DNA from: Plasmodiophora brassicae
Taxonomy: Eukaryota
Assembly: GCA_036867785.1 (NCBI GenBank)
Contig: CP145414.1
Location: 806,001-870,000, forward strand
Direction of reading: 5' to 3'
Length of the DNA: 64,000 nucleotides
The number at the start of each line of letters is the position of its first letter. Within the stretch, counting starts at the first letter, position 1. The position numbers and the translations under genes are program-made. The notes under the pieces were generated by a model. That model searched no databases. It was not told the DNA's origin and saw only the letters and a program-made list of their open reading frames with translations. Below are positions 45,654 to 59,366 of this stretch, in pieces.

Positions 45654-47332
45654 ATGGCGACTGCAGCATCGCGGTGGTCGTCCGTCGGCCGTGCCGTCGG
45701 CGTAGGGGCATTGGCGAGCGCGTCCCTATGGGGGTATGCGCAGTGGCAAGCCCGACAGGGCGCACCGTTGAATTACTGGCCTGTGGCCCAGTTGGCGGCA
45801 ACGTGGATTGAGCCTGAAACCGCGCACCGCCTTGCCATTCGGTTGCTCGCCCAGGACCGCACCGTTCGGTCTGCATGCCTGGCTGGTATATCGGATAGGC
45901 TGCGTACCGCATCCGACGATCATATGTCCCGTAGTCGATCACGGTCACGATGATCCTGTGCTGTCGACTGAAGTGTGGGGCATCCCGTTTCGGAATCCAG
46001 TTGGGTTCGCTGCCGGGTTCGACAAGAACGCGGAGGCTGTCGAAGGCGTACTTGTAAGGACCCTTGATCTGGCTACGATGGGCAAGCAGAGCGGTCTGAT
46101 GATCGGGGCCCCAGGACCTGGGTGTCGCCTTCGTCGAGATCGGGTCCGTCACTGGCGACCCGCAAGAAGGGAACCCGCGACCTCGTGTCTTCCGCTATAA
46201 TCAGGCATGATCCGTGCTTGGGCAATACCGACGTTGCTAACTGTGTGGCTCAGGATAATGCGATCGTAAACCGGTATGGGTTCAACAGCGACGGGCAGCA
46301 GGTGCGAGACACATTTGGACGGCCGTGCAGGCCGTCTGATCGTCGATGTATCATCAGGCGGTACGAAAACGGCTCCAACGACTTCCTGACGAGCTGCCCG
46401 GGCTAATGGGCGTTAACCTCGGCCGTAACAAGTTCGCCTCTAACTTCGACTACGTCAAGGGTGTCAATGTGCTGGTAAGCAAAGGCCAACATCCGTTACT
46501 GCTCGCGTAACATTGCCTCTTAGGGCAAGTACGCCGACTACATCGCGATTAACGTTTCGTCCCCGAACACCCCGGGTCTTCGTCAACTACAGAGAATGAA
46601 GGTTGATCCACCCTATTTCCTGAACTGGAATTATTATGAACACGGCCCTGCTACACAGGAACTGATGCAGCTCTTGAAAGAGATTAAAGGGGCACACGAA
46701 AAATTGCCCGTCTCAAAGCGGACGAACCGGCGTATTCCCTTATTGCTGAAGATTTCACCAGATCTAGAAGAAGGTTCCTAGCAGTGCTTTATATTCTGTG
46801 CGAGTCTGTTAACGCCAGGTGTAGAAGATCTGCGGGACATATCGAAAGTCGCGTTACAAGTCGGAATCGATGGTATAATCGTCTCGAATACGACCACGTC
46901 TCGTGGCGAAGCATCACGGTTTGAAGCCGGCGGCTTATCTGGCGCCCCGCTCTTCGACAGGTCAACGGAGTGCCTCCGGTAAACTGTGACCACATGGTAT
47001 CGCAAGCTTGCCAACTGGTTAATCTGTCGGCACCAGACGTGTCTACAAGCATACAAAAGGTCGTATTCCGTTAATTGGCGTTGGGGGCATCGCCAGCGGC
47101 GAGGACGCGTACAAGAAGATTCGGGCGGGTGCCTCTCTTGTCCAGGTATCCCATCGGTATCGGGCCGTCAACGTTGCTATTCCTAATCGCGTCCTTCCCC
47201 CAGCTGTACACGTCGTTCGCGTTCGGCGGCCCACCGCTGATCCCTCGCATTAAACGGGAGCTTGCCGCATGTCTTCGCCGGGACGGATTCAACAGCGTCG
47301 CGGAAGCCGTCGGCGCCGACGCCCCTGCATGA
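45654..47332 (+). CDS. DHODH: Dihydroorotate dehydrogenase (quinone), class 2, mitochondrial, multi-exon
   Basis: [54 protein letters not shown] and GVGGI...[13 protein letters not shown]. Confidence 0.94.
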
Positions 47333-47355
47333 CACCATAAAGCCCTGAGTCCGCA

Positions 47356-47371
47356 GTGTGTGTGTGTGTGT
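47356..47371. repeat. (GT)8 microsatellite
   Basis: gtgtgtgtgtgtgtgt in the short DHODH-PDT intergenic region. Confidence 0.7.
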
Positions 47372-47457
47372 CTGTGCCACGCACGAACTACACCTACCTG
47401 GTCCTGTAGGCGCGCCATTTTGGACTGCGCGGGCGTTCAGTGCGCCACCTCGTCCCC

Positions 47458-49781
47458 ATGGCAGCGCTTCGTGTCAGCTATCAGGGCGAGCCCGGCGCCT
47501 ACAGCGAGGACGCGGCCCGTCGATACTTCGCAGGGTCCGACATCGAGCTGCGCCCATGCGCGACCTTTGCCGACGCGATGCGGGCCGTCAAGGACGGCGT
47601 CGCCGATCATGCAGTGATCCCCAGTGAGGAAGCGCACGTCGTACGCGCGTATTGCTGGGAGGATATTGATGCGATGGCGGACGTCAGTTGAGAATTCGCT
47701 GGGCGGTTCTATTCACGCCGCGTATGACAGTCTGCTGTCATCTGGCCTCTTCATTATCGGGGAGCTGGACTACCGTGTTCGGCACGCGCTGCTGGCGCCC
47801 AAAGGGGTCGACATTACCGACGTGCACTACGTGTTGAGCCATCCGCAGGTGCACGTTTATCAGTTGAACCGCGCCGTATTCTTACTGCAGTGTCGGCAGG
47901 CGCTGGCCCAATGTGCAGACTTTCTGGGATCTCGTGGTATCCACCCAGTCCCGCATGCTGACACGGCAGGCGCCGCCGCGTCTGTCGCTGCGGAGCGCCC
48001 TCCCGCGACCGCCGCGCTTGCCAGCGTCATTGCCGCGCGTCTTCACGGTCTCGACGTTCTCCACATGGACTGCCAGGACGAGGCTGAGAACTTTACACGG
48101 TTCATTGTCCTCGGTCCAACTCCTCGGATGCCAGGTCGCAGTCAGGTGCGTCCCCCGGATATCGATCTGATGATGGGGTCTCCTCAGCACTTGGGACGAC
48201 CTGCAAGACCTCGCTTGTGTTTGCGCTTCGGGACAACGTCCCTGGGGCGTTGTTCAAGGCGCTGGCCGTGTTTGCGGTACGAGGCCTTGCAGAGCAGGCG
48301 AGGTGGAGCTAATGCGGCAATGACACAGCTCCGAGACATTGACCTGACGAAAATCGAGAGCCGCCCGGGGAAGTCCCTACCTGGCCGTCTCCAACCGTCG
48401 ACACCGTTCGCGCCGTTGCGCTACAAGTATTGCTTCTATCTCGACATTGTGGCCCATTGTGAGGAGCGCTCCACTGTCAATGCGTTGAACCACTTGCGGG
48501 TTCGTGATTGCGTATGCTAGCAGACGCGCCATTAACATGCTGTTGCCTGTTCAGGAATTGTTCGACTTTGTTCGTGTCCTGGGCACGTACCAGAGCGGCC
48601 CTGCCGTGCACAACGGCCCGACTATCGAAGGAGACGGGAATGTCGGCATGAGGCAGCCCATCTCCAGACCGTTGACGGTATCATGTTGATGCTTGTGTGT
48701 CTTTGGGACAGAGCTTCACAAGCTGCATAGGGCACGGGCCCCTCCCCGCTTACGATTGCGATTATTGGGTTTGGCACATTCGGACAGTTCCTCGCTGCCA
48801 AGATACGGCCGCTCGGTGAGCATTCGGAATCGGAACTGTTGTACTGGCGCGCCAATAACAATTGGCTCAGCTCATCGGATCGTTGCCTTCGATTTTCTAT
48901 CGGATTGCCATGCGGCTGGCGCCGCCATTGGAGCCGACGTTGCGGATTCTCTGGACGACGTCTTTACTGCACATCCAGACGTCATTGTAGTCGCCGTGTC
49001 AATCTTATCCTTCCAAGGTCATTCGTAACTGAGCACGTGCTGTGATTGATTGATCGAGCTGCGGGTACAGATGTCATTGGTAAACTTGCCCTTGGAGATC
49101 GGTATCGGACGACGGGCTCTGTGCTACTCGTCGACGTACTCTCAGTCAAAGCGCACCCACGAGAAGTCCTGCTGGGGCATGGTCTGCCAGAGTCAGTCGA
49201 CATATTATGCACCCACCCGATGTTCGGTCCGCAAAGTGCAGCCGTTTCGTGGTACGCTACCGACCTGATTGTGACAAGAACGCGTGTGAAACCGAAGTCT
49301 GTATAGTGAAGGACTGCCATTCGTGTACGACCCGGTCCGTGTTAGGGACTCGTACCGATGCAAAGGGTTCCTGGACATGTTTCGACAACTGGGCTGCTCT
49401 ATGGTCGAAATGAGCAGCGAAGAACACGACGCGATCGCTGCGTCAACCCAATTCATCACTCACTTTACCGGGAGGTACGCCCAAGACGCCCCTGACGTGT
49501 TACCATCATTGACAATGGTAGGCAGAGTCCTATCGCAGCTCAGGCTCAAACCAAGCGCAATAGCGACGCGGGGCTTTCTAATGCTGCTCGACCTCGTTCG
49601 CAACACCTGTGCTGACAGCGATGATCTGTTCTACGCCCTATACAGGTTCAACCCTCGATCAGGTGCGCAGCTTGCAGCGTTCCGGAAAGCTGTTCAACAC
49701 GTGACCGAGGTATTGGAACGCGGGGATCGAGACCAATGTCATGGGCAAGAAAGCGCGCAACAACAGGAAGGAACGATATAA
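47458..49781 (+). CDS. Fused prephenate/arogenate dehydratase (PDT+ACT) and prephenate/arogenate dehydrogenase (TyrA), multi-exon
   Basis: PDT motifs: YQGEPGAYSE, IENS, SHPQALAQC, NFTRF, LTKIESRP, VRVLGTY. TyrA motifs: IAIIGFGTFGQFL, VDVLSVK, THPMFGP, EEHD..AA.TQFITH. The two parts join in frame through intron 48678-48730. Confidence 0.88.
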
Positions 49782-49799
49782 CCTGGCTACAACAACACT

Positions 49800-52300
49800 C
49801 TCTCATATACTGTATTGGAGTTAGGTTACGAACAGTTAGAATATATTCTGAGCCCTCATCGAGCGTCTTCCTTGGTCGGAATGATAGACATCTGATGAAA
49901 TTGCCACTTAATTTGTGTTTGTCAATCATGCCGAAGCCACTTGCCTCAAATCGCTTAACAAGCGCATCCCGCTCGTTCGCGATATCGTGTATGGCTATGT
50001 TCTTCTGCCTGATGAGCTCCTAGCACCAATTCCATTACTTATCTGGAAGCAGTCCCATCCGAAACATTCGCGTACCGTGAGGTTTGACGCGTTCAATTCC
50101 GACTGCCGCAACTGGTGGTTGAGTGACTGTATCTTGGTGGCCTGGGCTCTTAAGACAATCTATTGTTCAACGTCAGGCTGCCTCTGTTGCAAAGACCGGC
50201 CGTCGAATTTGTGCGAACCTTGCACTCTTTCAGCTGCGGTCCAGCCTTTTGCAGGGCCTGGTACTGAACAAGATGGCGCTGCTTGAGATCAGCCATTTCT
50301 TTGCTAATAGTATCTGCCTGCCCTTCTCGCCGAGCGACCTGCAGTGAACGCACTGTCATCGGTGATTCCCTGAGTACACGCACAGAATTCTTACTTGGTT
50401 GACGATGACGTTCATATTGGACGTGAACGCCTCACATCCACGGCTGAAGGACGTTGTTAATTCAGCAGCAAGATCGTCCGCAAGGGCATTCCGCAGCGCC
50501 CCCAGTTCACGCTTTACCAAACGCCAGACTCTCTGAAGTGTCTGTTCAAGCGTTGCGACGCGATCCGAATGATCCTGTTAACAATATTAACTCAGACAAG
50601 ACGATTGCCATGGTGGGTGACATGGCCGACTTGTTCCGTTGTCCTGGTCCTCGAAAGCCTTGATTCCGACTCTTGCAGTTTGGCGGTAAACGCCCCAACA
50701 GACATGTTAAGACCCGCAATCTAAAAACCATAAGATTATACATCGACGAACATGCAATGAATGTACCTGCTCACGAAGTTCGTCGACTGTCGAAACCGAC
50801 GTGGACAGTTCTGCTGCGTATTTACCTTCGGGTACACATTAGAATCACCTCGAATATGCGCAGCACGTGATGAAATGGGTCCTACGGTTCAAAGATTCCA
50901 GGCGAGTCCTGTCTGCAATCAATTGCTTTTGCTCTTCACGAGCCAATGCAAGGGAATCCTGTGTCACCCTAAGCCTTCTGTCGAGAATTTGCCTGGCCCT
51001 TTTCTCTGCAAGTCGCAGCGTTTCGCAGCGCCTTAGCTCTTCTTCAACGTGACGAAGTTGATTTGTGGACTCTTGCTCTCTCGCTGTACGACAGTAGTTA
51101 GGAACAGCGACACATATCCATGCCGCTCGCAATTTGTACCGGCTGTGGCTTTGAGTTCTGCATCAGCTTCTTCCAGCATAGTCTTGTAGGCTTGCTTCCC
51201 ACGAACGCTTCTGGCTGCATCGAGATTCAGGTTACGGTTCTGCGTTTCAAGGTCGGGGATAATAGAAGCGGCGAGACTCAATCCCATGCGCATCGCTTCA
51301 GCGGCATCACGGTCGCGCGGCGACCCACTGTCACTGTCTCTCGAAGTGTCTACAAGGGCGCTTGGCATTGACAGGCATTGCTCACAGCATGACAGGAGTA
51401 CCGGAGCAGCGTTTCCACATTGAACACACCGTCGCTCTATTGAAACGGTGAGTGCATATCGCAAACAGGAGTTGCCAGGCGCTAACCAATGGAACTCAGT
51501 GCTTTGTGAAGACGTGCTTGATGGTCGTGCTCATGAAACGTGATGCTCGAAGAACGATGACTTGGAGTGGTAGATATCAAGCTCTGCATTCGCTGGAAAA
51601 TTATCCAAAGCAGATGAAGCTCCTTATTGAAGCAGCCTGGAGGTGTAGAGCCCGCATCTGCGACAATAGGTCACCACGTGTGAAACTGTCAATAAATGTA
51701 CATGCCCCATACCAATAACATGAAGCAAGTTCAGAATACGGTTTTCAATTGGCCTGTCGACGTCGTCATCGTAACTCGGCATATATCCTGACGAGGACGG
51801 CATGCTCGGTGGCGGCAGGGAATAGGGATCACTAAGGCTCGTTTCATCGCGACTATCCGCCTGCAAGCTGGCAGAATCTCCCCAATACGGTGAGGAATAC
51901 AATAATGTTTCTAATAAACAGTATTAATGACAGTTCGCCAGGGAAGAAAGCATATTTACCACGGGGATTGTTCATCTCGCCTTGGAACGAATCATGCTCG
52001 TCACGTGAGTCTCCCAAATAACGCGGGGCATAATAGGCTTCTGGCGTAAGCACAATGTTCTTATTAGCGAGAGTACCCTCGAGCATAACAATATCTTACT
52101 GGCGACTTGATCTTCGGGAATGTCGCGAGCATCAACGACTGTAGGGCACATAAGTGCAGGCTAGATGGAGACGTGCACACCTTACAACAACGAGAGCCTT
52201 CGGGATGCAAGAGTTCGTCAGGGTGATCCGCCGACGGTTTCTGACCCATGGACCCATAGTCGATGTCCAACGGCAGAGGCTATCGTTGAGCAAACCATCA
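49800..52300 (-). CDS. Multi-exon protein with C-terminal coiled coils (boundaries approximate; could be the 3' part of the next gene)
   Basis: A series of short minus-strand coding-like segments separated by GT-AG introns, for example ELRRCETLRLAEKRARQILDRRLR. Confidence 0.45.
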
Positions 52301-52439
52301 GACTTGGCATTCGTCACATGATAACGACTCACATGGAATTTATGGATTCCCATATCGATCGAAAGACAAGCGGCTGCCTAAAATACGATTTAGAACACAC
52401 GTTTCGTTCCATATAATGTTGAGAACTTACAGCGCAAAC

Positions 52440-55400
52440 AAACATATCGAAATGACTTTGAAGAGTGTGCACATCCATGCTCCGACCCCATATCTAACAA
52501 TACAAAAGTAATCAGCACTAAACTCAGTAGAGTGGAAGTTAAAGACACCTCAGCCTGCAGCAATGATATCGCTTGATGCATTGACAATATTGTGCACTCC
52601 TGCTGTAGGCAAAACTGCTTCAACTGAGAAACCTGAGACCTTATCAGTTGGGATACCACATGAAGACAGGCTACGGCATTAGTACCTGGTGGCCTAGGTC
52701 CTCAATGGCTTCCGTTTGCTTGGCTACCAATTCGCAGCTCTTCGCGAAGTCACTGTCGAATGATTGCTTCACACCGAATCAGCACTGATTGTCGGTATTC
52801 CTTTAACGCATCTTACCATAAGATCTTGCATTTCCCGCATGTCATCTTCGTATCTGGAATATAAAGGTTCAGCAGTTGGGTCAAGAAGCCAAACATTAAA
52901 GCGTACTCCAGTAGCCTTTCAACAGCGATCTGGGAGCAGTCTAACATGGTCCTGAGCTGCTTGTTGGCGTCTGCGCAAGAACCAATTAGCCAATAACTCT
53001 CCCGGCTGGGGAGAATGTTTAACTGACCTTCACATGCTTCATACTTTTTACGAAGTTCCTCGTGTTCTTTCATGAGTGCTTCAGCTGCCAACGCGGAATC
53101 TTTGTCAGCTCCGGTTAAGGCGGCAATAGACAGCTCCAAGCGCTGGACTTGATGCCGGTGCTCGTCCTGATGCTGGTCATATTGACTTTGCAGGCGAGCC
53201 TCCGACGCCGTAACGCGTGCAATGTCAGCACGAAGAGTTTCAATTAACCGACCCGCATTGCCGATCTGCTCTTGTAGTTTCTCGCACCGGCTGGTAACCG
53301 CTTTCAGGTCGGCATCATGACGTTCGATCACTGCGTTCAGGATTGCAATGCGTTCTTCCGACTCCGATACAAGGTGCGCCTCACGAATGCGATTCTCTTC
53401 CTCCATGAACTCGCATTTCGATTCGGCGCTGTGCAGGGCTGATTGCAACTCATTCTCTCTCGAAGCGTGTGTCCGGAGCTGCCGATTAAGGCTTTGTTCG
53501 CGTTCCTTGTTAGCCTGCTCTGCCCCATGAATCGACTCAACCGCATTTCGAAGATTTCGTTCGGCAGATTCCAGCTTCTCACAAAGCTCGGCGTTTCGCA
53601 TTTCAAGAGCATCTAAATGTGAGCGCAACCGTAGCTGCTCTTGGTCGCCTTGGCTTAGCCGTTTCTTGAGCTCCATCACTTCGGATTGGGCTTGTTGGCA
53701 CTGCGTTAATAGTTCAGTTTCCCGTTCGCCATTCTGTCTCGCCTGTTCGTGCATTTCGTCTCCGGCTGGGAGGACCTGAAGCCACGTCGAGTCCCGGCCC
53801 AGGTTTCTCGCTTCCCATTCCAGCTGCAGCGACGAAAGCGCCACAAGGAAGTTGTCTAATGAGGTGCTGACTCGAGTGCACTTGCTCGTCAGTAGACGCT
53901 CCAAGTCAACACAACGAGAATCAAACGCGCAAGCAGCCAAAAGGAGCGTCTGCTTGATTGACGCCGCCTTACAGCAAGTAAGTAGCACGAAGTTAACGAA
54001 AACGGAGCTCGGTACCTCAATGGATAGAACTGCCTCTCGAGCTTGAAGCGACTCGATCGCCTGTGTGCTGGCAGCCCGCTGATCTATTGCAGAAGGGATT
54101 AGTGGAAGACCCGAATCAGGATGTTACACACAGCATGTTTCCAACCTTCAAGGGCACAAGAAAGGCTGTCCATGTGTTCACGATGCGTCGATGATTGACC
54201 CGCTTTGTCGGATTCGCAACTGGCGACCACAGCGGCGACATACGCTTGAGCCCGCTCCAATTGCGCATGCATCCCATCAAGTCTTGAGCAGAGCGTATCG
54301 ATGATAGTCGTCCGCTGGACCAGACTGTGCCGCAACTCAGCATTCGCTTTCTGCAAACGGAAGTACTGGAGCGATGCGCATATTAGATCCATGTTCGTCA
54401 TACCACAAACGGGTTTATACCTGGGATTCTTGCTGAATGTTCGACACGCAAAGGTCGGCGATCTGCGTCTCCAGATCTGAAACAAGCTCTGCAAAGTGTC
54501 AGTCGACAATTGACAAGGAGCAGTACGGCACATCCTACGTTTAAAGCCAGAACGCTGTGAGCACAGGCTTTCGCAGTGATCAGTGCAGTAATCCATCAGT
54601 GAGCCCAATTGAGCCATCCTGTCATTGAGAAGCGTGAAGGCAGAGACAGCTTGGTCGCGCAATCGTGCACTGTCCTCGTCACGTGCCGAAGATGAATCGA
54701 TCCAGGATTCCATCTCTGCCTGCATCCATGCGTTCTCCCTATCCTTGCTTGCGAGTTCTTGGCGTAACTGCTCAACAGTCGACCGTGACTCGTCGAGATT
54801 TCTCGACAGCGAATCAATATCGCTACCCCTCTGCGACAGTTCTCGTTCAAGATGCTCACATTGCTTGCGCAAATCGTCACATGCCGAACGCATCTGATGG
54901 GTCTCCTGCTCTGCCAAAGACACGCGGCCATCACGAGCAGCGATATCACTGGCCATCTGCTCTCGACCGGACTTGCTTTGCTCGATTGCTTCCTGGAGTG
55001 TCAAATTTGCCTGCGTTAGGCGAATCCGTTCAGCGAGATGCTGATCAATGGTTCCTTGCAAGCCGGCAACTTGGGCAGAAAGTTGAGTAATTCGCGCCAG
55101 GGAGGCTTCAGCGGCGCGCTGCTGCTCGGCTTGTAATGCCTCATTATGCTGCGCCAGCCGCGAGGTGTTTTCGGCATGCTCTTTGACTTCCAGCGTCAGG
55201 ACTTCGTTCGCACGGCAAACGTCTGCCAGTTTAGAACGATGTGCTGTCTCCAGCGCCTCCAACTCGCGTTTGCTTTGTTCAATGGTCTCGTTCGCCAAGG
55301 CCAGTTGCGACTGGAGCGACGAAGCACGGGTATTATTCGCAATGCACGCCTCCTGGTACTCATTGACCTTGTCTTGAAGAGCGGCGTTTGCACGAGAGGC

Positions 55401-58400
55401 ATCAAGGAGCTTGGCATCATGCAGAGCTTTCAGTGAGCGCAACTCCTCCTTCAGTAGGTCCTCGCTGGATGAATGCAAGGTCTTCTCGTACAGATCGCGA
55501 TAATGATCCAGCTCGCTTGCTAGGGCGTCGCAGTCCGTTTCCCACCGCTCCGACACTTCAACTTGTTGGTTCAGTGCGCGCGTGACTTCGGCCAGCTGCA
55601 TCTGCATTAGCGATTCGGCCTCTTTCGATGCGGCCTGAACGGACTGAATTCGGTTCGTCGCGTCAAGCAATTGTTGCTGCAAGCGGGACTCCGTTTGTTG
55701 GGCAGCGAGCTTTGTCGAACGGAGCTCATTCCGAAGCGCGGCTTCGTTATCCGAGACATAATCGAGAACAGCAAGTACTGCCGCGTGCGACGTTTTGACC
55801 TTGTGCACCAAAGCGTATGAGTCGTATGCCTGAAGGAGAAAGGCGGTCGCAGCAGCTTCGACCTCGTCACACATATCCTCGCAGACACTAGATGCAGATT
55901 CAGCTGCCGAGACGATGGCAATTGACAGGGACAGCAGATCCGCAACGGAGGAGGCGATCGCAGAGACGCAGCCGTCCAGGGTATTGACACGATTGCCCAG
56001 TGACGCATCAAGTGCGGAAGCGTATTCACGAAGGCGGGACACTTCGTTGCCCAACGTTTCCGCTTCGATGAGCAGCCTGTCCTTTGCTTGGCTTGCAGTG
56101 GATAACTTATCTGCGAAGTTTGCACTCAGGTCGTTGAGCTGCGTATCCAGGTCTTTGCATCGAGCATTGACGTCCGACAATTCAACGGTGCGACGATCAA
56201 GACCGGACAAGGCAGAGGCCAGGTCTGCAGCAAGCGCATCGATTCTCAGTTCTCGTTCATGCAACCGGGTCGCAATGGAAGCGTTGTCCGACTTCACACC
56301 CTCGATCTCCTTCAGCAAACCGGACTTCATGTTTGAAAGGACGGCAACTTCGTTTTCCAGTTCTCGGCACCTCTTGCGAAGATCACCGTTACCGGCCTCT
56401 AGCTCAGCAATGCGCTGGAGCAGCGTTTCCTTTTCGTTGCTCGCTGTTGACAATGAGGAAGTAAGCTTGGAGTCGACTTCGTTCAGTTGTCTCTCAAGGT
56501 GCTCGTAGCGTATTCTCATATCAGACAGCTCTTCAGTGCGACGATGGAGATCTGACAATGCAGCGGCGAGATCAGCTGTCAGTGCATCCATCTTCATCTG
56601 TCGCTCACGCAGCCTGGCCGCAATTGAAGCGTTTTCAGACTTGCCATCCTCAATCTCCTTCAGCAGATCGGATTTCGTGTTTCGAAGTATACCAACCTCG
56701 TCGTTGAGTTCAGCTAAACGCGTGCGCTGGTTCGCGTTGTCGGCCTGCAATTCAGCAATCCGTTCAAGCAAGGTCTCTTTAGCGTTGCTGGTAATCGATA
56801 GTGAAGATGTAAAGCTGGAGTTGAGTTCGTTCAGCCGCGTCTCCAGTTGTTCCCAGCGTGCTCTGGCGGCAGCTAAATCTTCAGTGCGACGATCGACGTC
56901 GGCGAGTGCAGAAGCGAGGTCGGCAGTCAGTGCATCAATCTTCAGCTGTCGTTCATGAACCCTGGAACTAATCGAAGCATTATTGGACTTCAGGTTCTCG
57001 ACTTCTTTCAGCAAATCGGAGTTCAGGGCTTTCAGCATCGAGATCTCCTCGTCGAGCTCTCCCAGTCTCCTCACGTGGTTCACATTGTCAGCCTGCAATT
57101 CGGTAATTCGCCCAATCGATTTGTCGTGCTCTTGGATCAGTTTGTCGCGCTCATCGACAATGTTGTTCTTTTCGACCTCGATCTCGGCAAGGCGCTCGAG
57201 TGACCTCTCCCGTTCCTCACGCGATCTATCGCGTTCTCTAATTGATTCATGACATTCTTCGATGGCGCGCTGGTTGCCAGCTTGCAATTCAGCAATACGA
57301 TCAAGCGATCTGTCGCGTTCCTCGACGATGCGCTTGTATTCCGCCTGCAGTTCACGAACTCGATCAATGGACCTATCGCGCTCTTCACGCGACCGGTCAC
57401 GCTCCTCCCTCACTGCACGTTCGCGAGAGCGTAATTCGTCAATTTCCTTAGTCAGCTCGAGCCTTGAATGGGCAAGATCTTCGATCTGTTGCTCAAGACG
57501 CGAAGCGGATTCTGACTTCAGCCGAAGAGTATCGTTGTCAGCCTGGAGCCTTGCTACTTGTCGAAGAAGCTCAGAACGCTCCTCGTTGCCGACCTTCAAC
57601 TGGTCGTCATGCACAGCCTGGAGTTGCTCTAATCGCCCTGTGAGATTGGCAACCCTATTCGCGTTCTCCGCCTGCATGTTATCGACTTGCAGGTTGATGG
57701 CATCAAGTCGCGAACTGGTTTCTTCTAGATGTCGCATCAGCTCCAAGTTCTGCGCCTCAGCCGATTGCCGAGACGACTCAGACTTTTCGAGTTGACGTCG
57801 TAGGCTCGTTACCGACTCGTCAAGAGATGCCACCGATGCAGCCTAAGGGATCGGTTCAACAGGCAGCAAGCATTAAGAGAAACAAACTTGTACTCACAGA
57901 GCGTTGAACCTCAGCTTGAAGACTGGCCTTCAGGTGGTCAGCAGCAATGAGCTCCTCTATAGGTGTCATACGAAATGAGTGCATCTTCCATACGGCAACC
58001 AACAAACGATATACCATCTAGACGGCAGACCTGGCTGCGAAACTCGTCCGCTTTCTCTTCATGAAGCCGGCTGGCGAGCCGCAGAGCCTCGATTTCTGCT
58101 AGAGTCTCATGAAGGCGTTGCGAGTCTTCTTTTCTCGGTGTCGACAGCGCAGACTCAACCTGAGAAGCCGCCTCACGCCGTGTACTGGCCAGCAACGCAG
58201 ACAGTTGTTCCAATTGCGCCTTCAGATACGTAGTTTCGCTCATTTGGTCAGCGTGTTGGCGCTCTAGGACAGCATATGCCTTATCGCGAATGCGCAGACG
58301 TTCTGAACGATATGTCATTCAGTGATGCAGCAGCAAGATCTTTAGAAACAATACCTTCAAAATCATCTTGGGCAGATTTGGCAGACGATTTCAGGCTCTC

Positions 58401-58729
58401 AATGTCATTGGCAGCTTGAAACTGTTTCGTAAGCAAAAGTTCAATCGTATGCGCCTGATTCTCAATCGTTCTCAGCAGCGACTGATTGCGAACGCGTAAC
58501 TGGCACTGCACATCCAGGGCGCTGGCCAGCTCCTCCGTCAGACGTGCCGACGACTCCAGCTCCATGTCCTACAACCGTCGGTTAGGCAGCAGCCGTCGAC
58601 AGCAGCAGCGACGTCGCATGCCTTGAATTTCTCCAGGTTCGCTTCCAGCCCCTTCATTGCATCCTTCTGCTGCTCGACCTGCAGCTTCAGCAGGTCGGCG
58701 TCGGCCGCGACGGACGGCATGGCCGCCAT
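52440..58729 (-). CDS. Giant coiled-coil protein, multi-exon, with three 116-aa internal repeats (3' end approximate)
   Basis: Heptad-rich ORFs of 1244 aa and 391 aa plus short 5' exons starting MAAMPSVAAD. A 348-nt tandem periodicity is visible at ~56080-57120. Confidence 0.75.
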
Positions 58730-59366
58730 CACGTCGGATTGTCCCGCAGCGGTCCCGCACGTCGCCTGCTTTTTTGTGCAACTCGAACAAAGAATGCCCG
58801 GCGCTCAGGATGCCACACATTGAGCAACCGCACTGGCTCTTATCGTTCGACACATTGGGATATGCGAACGCGCTGCCGTCCCCCGACTTCGACCGCATCG
58901 CGACGCTGCAATCGTGTTCGTGCTGTAACACGGCGCAGCAAGGGTTGCTGATACAGTCTTCCCAACTGTCGACACATGATCAAGTAGTATAGTGTAAAAC
59001 GACGAAATGGTATGTCATAAGTGGATCCTGAAAACGCAAGGGTGCCTCGACGCTTCAACCTGTCCATGGCACGTGTTTGCCCAAAATTGGCGAGGCCTGT
59101 CTCTTTCGTGCGAGGCCCTTGTGCTTCCTATTGTTGTTCCGGGCAAGGGGGTTTCTCGAAGCTCTGTGTAACGCATCCACCTGGCTGCTGGTACCCGTGA
59201 CCCGTCCGTCGGGGCTTCGTGTCTGGAACAACTGTAGAGTGGGTGCTGTCAGCCTGGGACGGTCAGCCGGACCTTGGCAAGTGGACCACACGACCGGCAC
59301 GTCCTCACATCTCGAACGCTCGCCGGTTGGATCGAACGTCGTCATCGTGCTCCGCCTGACACGTGC

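Noticed and set aside
58569-58621. Possible GC-AG intron in the coiled-coil gene
   Set aside because: An in-phase GT donor lies 9 nt away, so a non-canonical donor is not needed.
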